Notes under the pieces: generated by a model
What the model was told of the DNA's origin: nothing
The model's input: the letters and a program-made list of their open reading frames with translations, nothing else
Database searches by the model: none
Source: Candidatus Latescibacterota bacterium
GTDB lineage: Bacteria > Latescibacterota > UBA2968 > UBA8231
Length of the DNA stretch: 64,000 bases
Direction of reading: 5' to 3'
NCBI GenBank assembly: GCA_965197905.1
Contig: CBDAOB010000005.1
Location: forward strand, 672,001-736,000
Translations under genes and position numbers: made by a program
Shown here: in pieces, positions 10,134 through 19,633 of the stretch
How positions within the stretch are numbered: position 1 is the stretch's first letter
Layout of the letters: the number at the start of each line of letters is the position of its first letter

Positions 10134-10703
10134 ATGAAAAACGATGTGAACTATGAGATTGTGCTGATCGGTCCAATCGGGGTTGGGAAGAGTACTCTTG
10201 GCGAGCTCATTGCGAAGGAGCTGAACGTCCCATCGTGTTCACTGGATGATGTTTGGCGGAACTACGCGCAGGAAATTGGCTACGATAGTGACTTCGCCAA
10301 AAGTCTACAGGAGAGGGGGGGGGGATTTTGGGCGAGTTATATCTACAGGAAAGAGTTCTGCTGCTACGCCGTCGAAAAAGTTCTGTCAGAGTATCACAGT
10401 TGTGTCTTAGATTTCGGTGCCGGTCACTCCGTCTACGAGATCGACAGTCACTTTACGCGAGTCCAGAAGGCGTTAGAACTCTTCAGGAACGTCGTGCTTG
10501 TCTTGCCTTCTCCTGACGAATCCGAGGCAATACGAACACTAGCGGAGGTGCGACCTGACATGCCCAAGGATATCAAGGCACATTTTCTCGCACATCATTC
10601 CAATTACGATCTGGCAAAGTTCACGGTTTATACAAAAGGAAAATCTCCGGAACAGACCAAGGTCGAAATCCTCAATTTCGTCTACGATAGTGGCCAACCA
10701 TAG
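10134..10703 (+). CDS. Shikimate kinase-like P-loop protein
   Basis: IGPIGVGKST, VLDFGAGH. Confidence 0.8.
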   Translation: MKNDVNYEIVLIGPIGVGKSTLGELIAKELNVPSCSLDDVWRNYAQEIGYDSDFAKSLQERGGGFWASYIYRKEFCCYAVEKVLSEYHSCVLDFGAGHSVYEIDSHFTRVQKALELFRNVVLVLPSPDESEAIRTLAEVRPDMPKDIKAHFLAHHSNYDLAKFTVYTKGKSPEQTKVEILNFVYDSGQP

Positions 10704-10856
10704 CGTTTCTTATTCGCGACGCATGGCCGATTGAGCTGAATGATCTTGGCATTGCTGTGGCGATATGGTCAAGAGAAGCAAGCTCACAATTCCTACCAGA
10801 TGCCGAACTACTGATGCTGCGAACCGTGGGCGGCAAAAAGAGGCAACTTCTCAGCC

Positions 10857-11216
10857 TCATGCCGCTTCAACCTCTGGTGGCGCAACAGGCGATGGCTTCC
10901 ATTCGTTTCTGAGAAGAGCTGACCGAATCTCACGTTTGGCCAGGCCGTTTTCGATGTGAGCCAGCCTGAGCTTGAGGGAGTCAAGTTTCTTTTCCAGCGC
11001 GACCTTCTTGCGTTCCAGCGCCAGCCTGTTCTGCTCTGCCGTCTCTCGTTCAACCTCAAATTTTCTGAGGGAGTTCATTCGTTCCTGGCGCAGGCATTTC
11101 AGCTCCCAGATAGATTTGTGCATTCGAACTAGCAGGTGGCTGGTCAGAATCTTCGTGCCAATGGCCGCTGCCATGATTGCGAGCGACACGCTCAAAAAAC
11201 TGGTATCGACGTACAT
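10857..11216 (-). CDS. Small protein with N-terminal hydrophobic helix and coiled coil
   Basis: GGGGAGG RBS before MYVDTS; hydrophobic stretch followed by a heptad-rich segment. Confidence 0.7.
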   Translation of the reverse strand: MYVDTSFLSVSLAIMAAAIGTKILTSHLLVRMHKSIWELKCLRQERMNSLRKFEVERETAEQNRLALERKKVALEKKLDSLKLRLAHIENGLAKREIRSALLRNEWKPSPVAPPEVEAA

Positions 11217-11270
11217 TGAGCACCTCCCCAGTTTGTCTTCTTGTGCTTGAGCCTCCTCGCCTATAGTTGA

Positions 11271-11285
11271 GCAATTGCGATGCCA
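11271..11285 (-). promoter_or_regulatory. Sigma-54 -24/-12 promoter
   Basis: Minus strand TGGCATCGCAATTGC has exact GG-N10-GC spacing, 55 bp upstream of ATG 11216. Confidence 0.7.
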
Positions 11286-11584
11286 CAATGGGTGCGCCCC
11301 GTCGACACAGAAGGGACAAAAGATGCCCAATATCGGCACACGAGTTGTAGCTTGAGCGGCGCCTGTCCCGCAAATGCGATTGATTCGCGCAGGGCTCTCC
11401 ATGGCATTGGGGCATTTGGCCCGAAGAACTCGAGAAGTCCAATCCGAGACCGTGCTACGTAAGTCATGGCAACCTATTGGTTTAGAATTGTCGCGCCAAG
11501 GAAAGCCTGACCACGACGGGGCAACGAACCCAGTGTCGGGCGTGGACCCAATCTACCGAAAGCATTAAGGAACGAGGACTTGAA

Positions 11585-12313
11585 CTACCCGACGAGGACC
11601 ACCAGAGCCGAAATGTTGTCCAAATTTCCGTGCCCCTCATGCGCTGCGCGGTTTACAAGCTCACTGGCGATGGCAGCCGCGGAGCCGTTGTTGCCGAGAA
11701 TCTCCCATATTGACGAGTTCTCCATTTCCCCATGCAATCCGTCGGAGCAGAAGAGCAGCCGGTCATTTTCTTCCAGCTGCTCTTCACCCAGCTGCGGTTC
11801 TACATTTCGCGGGGTACCCAGGTATCGCGTCAGAACATTCTTGTAGCTGGAGTGAGCCGCCTGTTGCGTCGAGATCAGTTCGCGATCAACTAGGTATTGG
11901 GCCTGGGTGTGGTCGAAGGTGAGTTGCTTGAGCTCTTCGTCGCGGAGGTGGTATAGACGACTGTCGCCCACGTGACAGAAATGCAGGCGTTGATCTCTTA
12001 CGAGCCCGAGCGTTAGGGTGGTACCAAGATCCCGAAGGCTGGGGTCTTGCCGGCCAACACCTCTGATGCGGCGATTCGCCGCCTGGAAGAGCCGGTCCAG
12101 CAGCGACGGGATTTCACGGTCGACGGCGGCGAGAAGAGTTTGAATATGCTCGTCCACCGTATCGACCGCTAATTCGCTGGCAACCTGACCACCGGCCTGC
12201 CCTCCCATGCCATCGGCAATCAGATAGACGATCCCTTCCCCCAGGACCGCCCCGCGGTCTTCGTTTGTATCTCGATCTCCGCGATTGGAGCAGAGAGCGC
12301 TATCGAAGGTCAT
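11585..12313 (-). CDS. PP2C/Stp1-type Ser/Thr protein phosphatase
   Basis: RDTNED, IADGMGG, HVGDSRLY, CSDGL, DNIS. Confidence 0.93.
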   Translation of the reverse strand: MTFDSALCSNRGDRDTNEDRGAVLGEGIVYLIADGMGGQAGGQVASELAVDTVDEHIQTLLAAVDREIPSLLDRLFQAANRRIRGVGRQDPSLRDLGTTLTLGLVRDQRLHFCHVGDSRLYHLRDEELKQLTFDHTQAQYLVDRELISTQQAAHSSYKNVLTRYLGTPRNVEPQLGEEQLEENDRLLFCSDGLHGEMENSSIWEILGNNGSAAAIASELVNRAAHEGHGNLDNISALVVLVG

Positions 12314-12320
12314 TGATTGG

Positions 12321-15300
12321 TCAGGCGAGCTCGGCGAGGATGTCGCGCACCCGATTGAGATCCGCATCGGCATCGATCTTGGCGAAGATCGACTCGGCTT
12401 CTCGCAACGGGATCAACGCCGTGTCAGCCTCGCCTCGGTCGCGGCTCAGGATACCCAACTCGAAGAGGGCTTCACCAAGACTGACCGATTCGCCGAACTG
12501 CCGGTTTATCTCGATGCTCTTTTCGAGATAGGCTTTGCCGTCATCCCATTTGCCCTCCAAGCGGCAAAAGCGACCGTACATCTTGAGCGCATCTGCGACG
12601 CCGAGGGGATCGTCGCGGCGGCGGTATCCTTTGAGCGTGCGACTGCATGCCTCTTGAGCTTTGTTCCGCTCACCCGCTCCCAAGAGCGCCTCCGACCGGC
12701 TCAGCTCAATGTCAGATTGGTGAAAGAAGTAGCGCGTCTCGTGACAGACGTCCATGCTGCGAGAGTAAAGCTCGAGGGCTTCATCCCATCGTTCTTCGTC
12801 GGCGCGCAGCATTCCCATGTTCCACAATGTCATCATCTTCTGCCAGGTAACTGTCCCGCCCTCGTCGATGGCCAGAACCCGCTCGTACAACCTCCACGCC
12901 TCGTCCCGCTGACCCCGCACGGTGGCGAGCACCGCCATGTTGTTGAGTACATCGCCGGTCTCTTGCGGTGTGTCACTGAGTATTTCCAAAGCTGCTTTCC
13001 AGCGGTTCTCTGCCTCGTCGTAACGACCGCACTCGAAATCGATGCAGCCCCAACTGGTCAGCACACGCGCCCCGATCGGCGACGCATTCTGGCCTTCCAA
13101 ACACTGAAGGGCGTCCTTGTAGTGCGACGACGCTTCGGCAAAGCGGCGCAGCTGCTCATTGGCTTCGCCCATCAAACGCAGAGCCTCCGCCTCTTCAAGA
13201 GGACGTGCCATTTCTCGGGCGGCCTGGCGCATTTCTTCGCACGACTCCAACGCTTGTTCCAGGTTCGAGAGGAAGACCTTCGCCTTGGCGCCAAACGAAA
13301 GGGCATGCAGGAGGTCGTCTCCAGACCCGGCCCCCTTGCGACATGATTCCCCGGCGCACTCGAACAGGCGGATGGATCCGCGCCAATCGAAGAGCTTGAA
13401 CGCCTCGTCAGCGCCACGAATGAGATAGGGTAAAGCAGCGTCGAAATCTTCGGCGAAGAAGAAATGGGTTCCCAGCTCTTCATCGCTGACTTCGTTCCCT
13501 TGTGCCAGCTGGTCCTTCAATGCGGCGGCAACGATCTTGTGGTATTCGCACCGCAATTCCCACGGCATCTCGGCGTACAGCACCTCGCGAATCTTCGAGT
13601 GAGTGAACTCGTAGTAGCCGTTTCGGGTGACGATGAGCTGGTTCGACTTTTCCAACTTGAACAGCGACTTCAACAGGTCGATGCGCCCGACCCCGGAGGC
13701 CTCCTCCAGAACGCGGGAGGTAAATTGCTGACCGATTACAGCAGCGATCTGCAGGAGCTCGCGATTCTCCGAGTCTAGCTGCTCGACCCGTCGCATGACC
13801 AAGGAGCTGATGCGTTCGGGAACCACCACCTCGGTGATCCCGGTCTGCGCCGTCCACACTCCGCTCTCGCAATAGAGCATGTCGCGACTGCGCAGCAGCT
13901 TCAGAATCTCGAGCGCTATGAACGGATTGCCCTGGGACTGCTCGTGGAGGTATTTGGAGAACTCTTCGCTGAAGTCCGATTCGAGGAACAGCGACCTCAC
14001 CAGCTTGGCCAGCTCGGGGATGGAGAAGCGCCCCAAACTCACCTCGTTCAAGCGACCCTCGGAATCGAGCTGTCGCAATACGTTTTCGAGCTGAACGCTT
14101 TCCGTATCTCCGCTTGAAATTTCCTCGTTGCGGTAGGTTGCAACCCACAGGATCTGCGCCTCCGCTGCCCGCCGTGCCAGGTTTTGCAGCAGCAAGAGGG
14201 AGCCCTCGTCCGCCCAATGCATGTCCTCCAAGAATACCACCAGGGGATGCTGGGATGCGGCGGTTTGCAGGACTTCGAAAATCGTGTCGAACAGACGCTG
14301 CCTGGCCGCCTCCGGATTGGCTTCAGCTCCGAACGCGGCGGCGAAACTTGCGCGGATTTTGGCGGTGGTGCTGGAGCTGCTCGCCAGCTCGGCGAGCTCT
14401 GGTGCCTGGCGCTGCAGGATGTCGGCCAATGCGGCGCGCTCTTCCGGGGAAAGCTCGCCTTCACCGGCAGCAAATAAGCTGGCAAGGGCGTCCAGATAGG
14501 GCATGTACGGACCCATGCCGTGCTCGAAAAAACAGATTCCCTTGACCACGCGGCCCTCGTTCTCGATCACGTAGCGGCCAAATTCCTCGACGACGCGGCT
14601 CTTGCCGATGCCCGCCTCGCCGGCCAGGAAAACCACCTTGCCGCCATCCACCAGCGCATCGAAATGCGCCACCAAAGTGCCGACCTCGATCTCGCGTCCG
14701 GTGAAACGGGACTGGAAATACCTGGTGCGAAGCTCTTCCCCCTCGTCCACCGGTTCGGTCGCACCAACTTCGGGTACGGTGAGAAGCTGCTGTCGATGGC
14801 TGACTTCCTCTATACCGTTGAAGGCGGCGTCAGCGGATGGAAAGCGGTCTTCCGGTACCTTGTCCAGTAGCCGCAATACGAAACGGTCGACGGAACGCGG
14901 CAGATTGGGGTTGAGGAAGGATGGAGGGCGCGGCTCTTCGTTCAGCTGGTGATAGACCAAGGTCGCCGGAGAATCTCCCGCGAAAGGCAGAATACCGGTG
15001 AGCATCTCATAAAGCACGACGCCCGCCGCGTAGAGGTCGACTGCGGGACCGATTTTGTCGCCCACGATCTGCTCGGGAGCCATATACTCGACGGTGCCGA
15101 GGATCTCGTCGGCTCGGGTCAACGCCACGTCTTCGGCCATCTTTGCCACGCCGAAGTCGAGAATCTTTATCGTGCCATCTTCTTTGATGACCAGATTTTC
15201 AGGTTTGATATCCCGATGGATGACCTCACCGTCGTGCGCCGCCTGGAGACCATTGAAAAGCTGCGAAGCTATCGCCAACGCCTCTTCCACTGCCAACCCG

Positions 15301-15626
15301 CTCTTGCGCTGGCGTATGAGCTGCCGCAATGGCTGACCTTCAACCAGCTCCATCGCCAAAAAGAGGTGGCCTTCGTCCTTGCCGGCACCGTAGACCGCCA
15401 CGACGTTGGGGTGGGATATCTTGGCGGCCAGCTGGGCTTCTCTTTGAAAGCGATCGGCTTCGCGAACATCATCCACCCGATCCAGCCGCAGCAGCTTGAG
15501 GGCCACGTCTCGGCGGAGGTTCTCGTCCCGGGCACGGTAAACCGCCCCCATGCCTCCGCTCCCGAGCAGCCGGGTGACGACATAACCTCCGAACTGACGC
15601 CCCACTAACGGATCATCGGTTTCCAT
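12321..15626 (-). CDS. Ser/Thr kinase - AAA/STAND ATPase - TPR fusion protein
   Basis: GSGGMG, VALK, HRDIKPEN, DFG, GTVEYMAPE; Walker A GEAGIGKS; Walker B FLEDMHWAD; GNPF; TPR-like C-terminus. Confidence 0.93.
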   Translation of the reverse strand: METDDPLVGRQFGGYVVTRLLGSGGMGAVYRARDENLRRDVALKLLRLDRVDDVREADRFQREAQLAAKISHPNVVAVYGAGKDEGHLFLAMELVEGQPLRQLIRQRKSGLAVEEALAIASQLFNGLQAAHDGEVIHRDIKPENLVIKEDGTIKILDFGVAKMAEDVALTRADEILGTVEYMAPEQIVGDKIGPAVDLYAAGVVLYEMLTGILPFAGDSPATLVYHQLNEEPRPPSFLNPNLPRSVDRFVLRLLDKVPEDRFPSADAAFNGIEEVSHRQQLLTVPEVGATEPVDEGEELRTRYFQSRFTGREIEVGTLVAHFDALVDGGKVVFLAGEAGIGKSRVVEEFGRYVIENEGRVVKGICFFEHGMGPYMPYLDALASLFAAGEGELSPEERAALADILQRQAPELAELASSSSTTAKIRASFAAAFGAEANPEAARQRLFDTIFEVLQTAASQHPLVVFLEDMHWADEGSLLLLQNLARRAAEAQILWVATYRNEEISSGDTESVQLENVLRQLDSEGRLNEVSLGRFSIPELAKLVRSLFLESDFSEEFSKYLHEQSQGNPFIALEILKLLRSRDMLYCESGVWTAQTGITEVVVPERISSLVMRRVEQLDSENRELLQIAAVIGQQFTSRVLEEASGVGRIDLLKSLFKLEKSNQLIVTRNGYYEFTHSKIREVLYAEMPWELRCEYHKIVAAALKDQLAQGNEVSDEELGTHFFFAEDFDAALPYLIRGADEAFKLFDWRGSIRLFECAGESCRKGAGSGDDLLHALSFGAKAKVFLSNLEQALESCEEMRQAAREMARPLEEAEALRLMGEANEQLRRFAEASSHYKDALQCLEGQNASPIGARVLTSWGCIDFECGRYDEAENRWKAALEILSDTPQETGDVLNNMAVLATVRGQRDEAWRLYERVLAIDEGGTVTWQKMMTLWNMGMLRADEERWDEALELYSRSMDVCHETRYFFHQSDIELSRSEALLGAGERNKAQEACSRTLKGYRRRDDPLGVADALKMYGRFCRLEGKWDDGKAYLEKSIEINRQFGESVSLGEALFELGILSRDRGEADTALIPLREAESIFAKIDADADLNRVRDILAELA

Positions 15627-15655
15627 TGCGGAATCCCTTTGAGTATCCAGCCAAT

Positions 15656-18025
15656 CTAAGCGGCCAACGAATCGATGAGTTCTGCGGCTTCGTCGGCGGC
15701 CGCCGATGCCCCGATGTCAGAGAAACGGAGCCGCGCTTCTTGCCAGGATCTGCGCGCTGCAATCAGGTCACCGCGGCGTTGATGGACATGTCCCAACTCT
15801 CGATCGCATTCGGCTACCTCGTAGCTGTTCTGCAGATCGACGAGCAGATTCTTGCTTCTCAGCAGCAATTCCTCGGCTCGATCCGCTTCCCCCTGTTCGC
15901 GTTTGATGATGCCTTCCACCTTGATATTTTCGGCCTGACCTCGCCGGTCGCGCGCCTGATCGGCATAGGCGCTGGCAGCGGCGCATGTGCGTTCCGCCGT
16001 CTCGGGCTGTCGCGTTTCCAGCTCGGCTAACGCGCGGCTGCTCAGAGCCCGCCCGAGGAGGGCGGTGGCTCCCATGTGCCGCGCCAATTCCACCTCATTC
16101 CGAAAATTTTCCAACGCCGCCGGCCAATCCTTCTGGACAACGTGATTGAATCCAATTCCGTGCGCAACTGGGGGAAAGCCCCCTGCACCCGTAAAACAAC
16201 GCATCGCTTTGGTGTAGAGCAGCATAGCCTGGACATTGTCACCTTGTAACGTTGCCAAATGGCCGCGGGTAGAGTAGATGGCCCCGAGTAGTTCGTCGTC
16301 GCCGGCCACGATCGCCAGTTCGGCGCCGACGCGAAGGTGCTCGGCAGCTGTGATAAACTGCGATTTCCCGAGAGCAATCCGAGCCAGCAGCTCCGACAAT
16401 CCGGCACGCTGCATGGCGTCGATTTGGGACTCGAACTGGATGTCGTGACACAAATGTTCCGCTTCCTCGTTCTGCCCTCTCTGAAAGTGCAGCTCGCCCA
16501 TCAGCAGCAGGGCCCTGACCTGGGCCGCCCTATTCTCGTTCGGCGCGGCAAGCTGCAGGGTTTCGCGGCAGTTTCTGGCTGCATCCTGCCATTCACCTAG
16601 ACGAATCTCCACGTCCGCTAATTCCAGCAGCACGGTTATGGTCCGGTTACGGTCCGGACCGGTCTCCAACTGCCGAGCCATCTGCAGTCCCATCCCAAGA
16701 AAGCTCCGAGCTACCGTCAGCTCTGCCCGCTGGCGCGCTTCTCGGCTCGCATTTAACAGGTATTCCACCGCCTTGGCGGATTCTCCGGCGTGACGCGAAT
16801 GTCGCGCCAACGCCTCCGTTCTATTGGCGGGCGCTTTCTCCATGAAGTGAAGAAGACGCAGATGCATCTGGCGGCGTTTTTCAGCGGGCATCCTGGCGTA
16901 GAACAGGTCAGCCATCGCGCCGTGGGAGAAACGAAAACACCTGCCGGCCGGGGCGAGCAGGTGGGTTGATCGCTGCATTCGCACCAGCCTCCTCAAGACG
17001 CTGGTGCGGGGCCAACCCAACGCTTCGGCAACGAGCACACCTTCAAACACCGGACCCTGAATCGAGGCGGATTCCAGCAGGGAACGGTCCTCCGTATCGA
17101 GGCCCTCCAGCAAATAGTCGACGTGCAGGACATCCTCTGATTCAACCACTTCCCAGCGGCGATTAACCCAGACTCCGTCGTGCTCGTACAGGATGCCCTG
17201 TTGTCTTGCCCGTTCCACCTGTTCGATTACGTCGGCGGGGTAGCCGTCGCTGCGGGAACAGATTTGTGCAGTGAGATCCTCGTTCAGTTCGGAGTAGACC
17301 AGGTAAGCTTCGGTCAGTTGGCGCACGTCGGTTGCAGACATTCTGCTCAGTCGGACGAGCTCTACATGCTTGCGACAGGTCAGGGAACGCAGAAGGGGGG
17401 TGGTTGAGCTCGGTCCGGACCAACCTGCCGTCCGCGGCCGCATCGCGCAGACCACCACCAGTGCTTGGCTCTCAATCCTGTTCGTAAGGTAGGCGACGAG
17501 ACTGATGGTAGCGGAATCGGCCCGATGAAAGTCGTCAAAACACAACACCAGCGGTTGCTTTCGCGACAAGCTCAACAAGCAATTTGCAATGCGGGCGACG
17601 CCAAGTCTGGCACCCAGGACCTCGTCGGTGTCAGGCGAAGACCCACTGCGCTTGCGGGGGCGAGGATACACTAGTTGCGCCAGTTGTGGGTCGTATGCCT
17701 CGATTGCAGTACGAAAGTTCCTTTGTTCAGCGGGAGAACCCAGGCTGGAGCAAACGCGCAGGCCGTTCAGAAAGGCGCCGAAAGGAATGCCGGGGTCCTC
17801 GTGCGATTCGCCCGCCCCGACATACTGTATTCCAAGGTCCGCGGCGGAGAACTCCATTTCGGCGAGCAGCCGGGACTTTCCGGTGCCGGGTAGGCCGGTG
17901 ACAAATACGGCCGAACCGCGCGACGAAAGGGATTCGTTCAACTTTTCCCTTAGCAGCGATAACTCCGCGTCGCGGGCGATCAGCTGTGGGCGCACTTCGC
18001 TTGTTGTAGTCGATCGAGTTTTCAT
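15656..18025 (-). CDS. AAA/STAND ATPase with TPR repeats
   Basis: GLPGTGKS, CFDDFHRAD, FRFSH, helical TPR-like C-terminus. Confidence 0.88.
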   Translation of the reverse strand: MKTRSTTTSEVRPQLIARDAELSLLREKLNESLSSRGSAVFVTGLPGTGKSRLLAEMEFSAADLGIQYVGAGESHEDPGIPFGAFLNGLRVCSSLGSPAEQRNFRTAIEAYDPQLAQLVYPRPRKRSGSSPDTDEVLGARLGVARIANCLLSLSRKQPLVLCFDDFHRADSATISLVAYLTNRIESQALVVVCAMRPRTAGWSGPSSTTPLLRSLTCRKHVELVRLSRMSATDVRQLTEAYLVYSELNEDLTAQICSRSDGYPADVIEQVERARQQGILYEHDGVWVNRRWEVVESEDVLHVDYLLEGLDTEDRSLLESASIQGPVFEGVLVAEALGWPRTSVLRRLVRMQRSTHLLAPAGRCFRFSHGAMADLFYARMPAEKRRQMHLRLLHFMEKAPANRTEALARHSRHAGESAKAVEYLLNASREARQRAELTVARSFLGMGLQMARQLETGPDRNRTITVLLELADVEIRLGEWQDAARNCRETLQLAAPNENRAAQVRALLLMGELHFQRGQNEEAEHLCHDIQFESQIDAMQRAGLSELLARIALGKSQFITAAEHLRVGAELAIVAGDDELLGAIYSTRGHLATLQGDNVQAMLLYTKAMRCFTGAGGFPPVAHGIGFNHVVQKDWPAALENFRNEVELARHMGATALLGRALSSRALAELETRQPETAERTCAAASAYADQARDRRGQAENIKVEGIIKREQGEADRAEELLLRSKNLLVDLQNSYEVAECDRELGHVHQRRGDLIAARRSWQEARLRFSDIGASAAADEAAELIDSLAA

Positions 18026-18111
18026 GGACTATGCTTTTTTTCAGTTACAGCGGAGAGACTGGTGTGGAGAATCTCCGGGATGCCGTTCCTCGAGCGGCTC
18101 CAGGCAGATCA

Positions 18112-18732
18112 TCAGCGGCGCGAACCGCGGCGCAGACCGTACCGTGAAAAGCCCGGTATGGAGATTTCTACTGCGAGCTCATCGTCGTCGGCATCTATGT
18201 CAATAATCTCAGCAACGGTGCTGGTGCCATCGGGATAGATGTGAAATGCCTGAATATCAGAGCTTTCGGGATTGTCGTCCTCAGATTCCATATCGATCTT
18301 GAGAACCGCCGGAATTACGAACTGAGTGCCGGGGGGGTGGAAAGCGATAACCAAATCGTTCAGTGTGCTTCCGGACACCGTCATGGTGATTACCACATCC
18401 TCGCCAACCCCTCCCTCTTGCACACAGAACTCCACGTTGACTTCGGAGTCCTCCTCCTCCATTTTCACTTCGAACTCGCCAGCGTCATCGGGCGTGAACA
18501 GGTCCGAATCGGTGCGGCTGTTGTCGTCATCGTCGTCGAGCCGTTTTGCGGCGCGCATGGCCGCCTCGGGTGAAAAGGCGATGATGACCCTGCCGGAGGG
18601 ATCCTCTTCCACAGCTTGACCAGCCGAAGTCGGGGAGTCGGAGACGTCACTACACCCGTACATGGCCAACGCAAGGAGGGCCACCAGGAAGGTGATGGCG
18701 AGGAGTGCCGGACTGTTGAATCGAGGTAACAT
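18112..18732 (-). CDS. Acidic lipoprotein with a ZU5-like domain
   Basis: Lipobox MYGC; FHPPGTQFVIPAVLKI and terminal IPGFSRY; GGAGG RBS. Confidence 0.65.
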   Translation of the reverse strand: MLPRFNSPALLAITFLVALLALAMYGCSDVSDSPTSAGQAVEEDPSGRVIIAFSPEAAMRAAKRLDDDDDNSRTDSDLFTPDDAGEFEVKMEEEDSEVNVEFCVQEGGVGEDVVITMTVSGSTLNDLVIAFHPPGTQFVIPAVLKIDMESEDDNPESSDIQAFHIYPDGTSTVAEIIDIDADDDELAVEISIPGFSRYGLRRGSRR

Positions 18733-18777
18733 TCGTATTTCCTCCAGAAGGGGGAGTTCTAACAGATCCTCATACAG

Positions 18778-18792
18778 GCAAAGGTCGTGCCA
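18778..18792 (-). promoter_or_regulatory. Sigma-54 -24/-12 promoter (consensus)
   Basis: Minus strand TGGCACGACCTTTGC matches TGGCACG-N4-TTGC. Confidence 0.85.
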
Positions 18793-18813
18793 TCTGCGCG
18801 GACCCTCTCGCCT

Positions 18814-18844
18814 TTTTTATTAATTGTTTAATTTCAACGAGTTA
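18814..18844. promoter_or_regulatory. IHF-like site with AT tract
   Basis: TTTCAACGAGTTA is one mismatch from WATCAANNNNTTR, sits next to a T/A-rich tract, and lies between the promoter and the enhancer-like boxes. Confidence 0.55.
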
Positions 18845-18868
18845 CGGTTAGTCTGCAAAGCCCTGGTT

Positions 18869-18933
18869 GGGGTTTTCATCCCGTGGTGGTGAAAAACGAC
18901 GCGGGTGATATAACCCACTGGGTCAAATGACCC
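18869..18933. promoter_or_regulatory. Phased palindromes, putative enhancer (UAS) sites
   Basis: GGGGTTTTCATCCC at 18869, GGGTGATATAACCC at 18903, GGGTCAAATGACCC at 18920, spaced in multiples of 17 bp. Confidence 0.6.
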
Positions 18934-18939
18934 GGGGGA

Positions 18940-19320
18940 TTAAACCCGGAACTTCAAAATCGTATGGCCCATTTTGATCAGATCATCGTTTTTCAAGAGC
19001 GTAGGCGCCTGAATGCGCTCGCCGTTGACGTGGGTGCCGTTGGTGGTGTCGAGGTCCTCGACCCAGAAACTGTCCGACTGGTAGGATATCTTGGCATGCG
19101 CCGTGGACACCTCGTCATCGCTCAAGACGATATCGTTGGATTCTCCCCGACCGATGAAACGCTCGACCACTGAGATCAGGTACTCCTGTTTCTCTCCATC
19201 TGCCCCCATGACTACCAGACGGCCGACGATGTACGGTTCGATGGCGAGGCCATTGCCGCACTGGGTGCAGAAATTCGTCCCGCTTCTGTTTTGATGGCCG
19301 CAGTTAGTGCAGAGTTTCAT
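18940..19320 (-). CDS. Zinc-ribbon + FHA domain protein
   Basis: CTNC/CTQC; FHA motifs IGR, VSTAHA, TTNGTHVNG. Confidence 0.9.
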   Translation of the reverse strand: MKLCTNCGHQNRSGTNFCTQCGNGLAIEPYIVGRLVVMGADGEKQEYLISVVERFIGRGESNDIVLSDDEVSTAHAKISYQSDSFWVEDLDTTNGTHVNGERIQAPTLLKNDDLIKMGHTILKFRV

Positions 19321-19330
19321 GGGATGCTGT

Positions 19331-19618
19331 TCAGCTGCTCTTCTCCATGAGGTCTTTCGCTTCGGCGATTCGGTCCTTTATCTCCTCATTTTGCGGGTCT
19401 TGCTCCAGCGCCTTTTCCCAGGATTCGACGGCCTCAGAATACATCCCCTTCTTGAAGTAGACGAGCCCCAGGTTGTACTGCACGTCCACCAGATTCAGTG
19501 ACTTTTGGGTTCTGGCGCCACTCTCGAGGAACTGCGGATCGACCAAGCGCGTGCCGCATACGCCGCAGTACCTGTCGCCTTCATGGTAGGCTGATTGACA
19601 ACCGGGACACTCTGGCAT
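19331..19618 (-). CDS. Zinc-ribbon + TPR protein
   Basis: CPGC/CGVC; YNLGLVYFKKGMYSEAVESWEKALEQDP. Confidence 0.88.
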   Translation of the reverse strand: MPECPGCQSAYHEGDRYCGVCGTRLVDPQFLESGARTQKSLNLVDVQYNLGLVYFKKGMYSEAVESWEKALEQDPQNEEIKDRIAEAKDLMEKSS

Positions 19619-19633
19619 TTTACTCCTGCGCTC

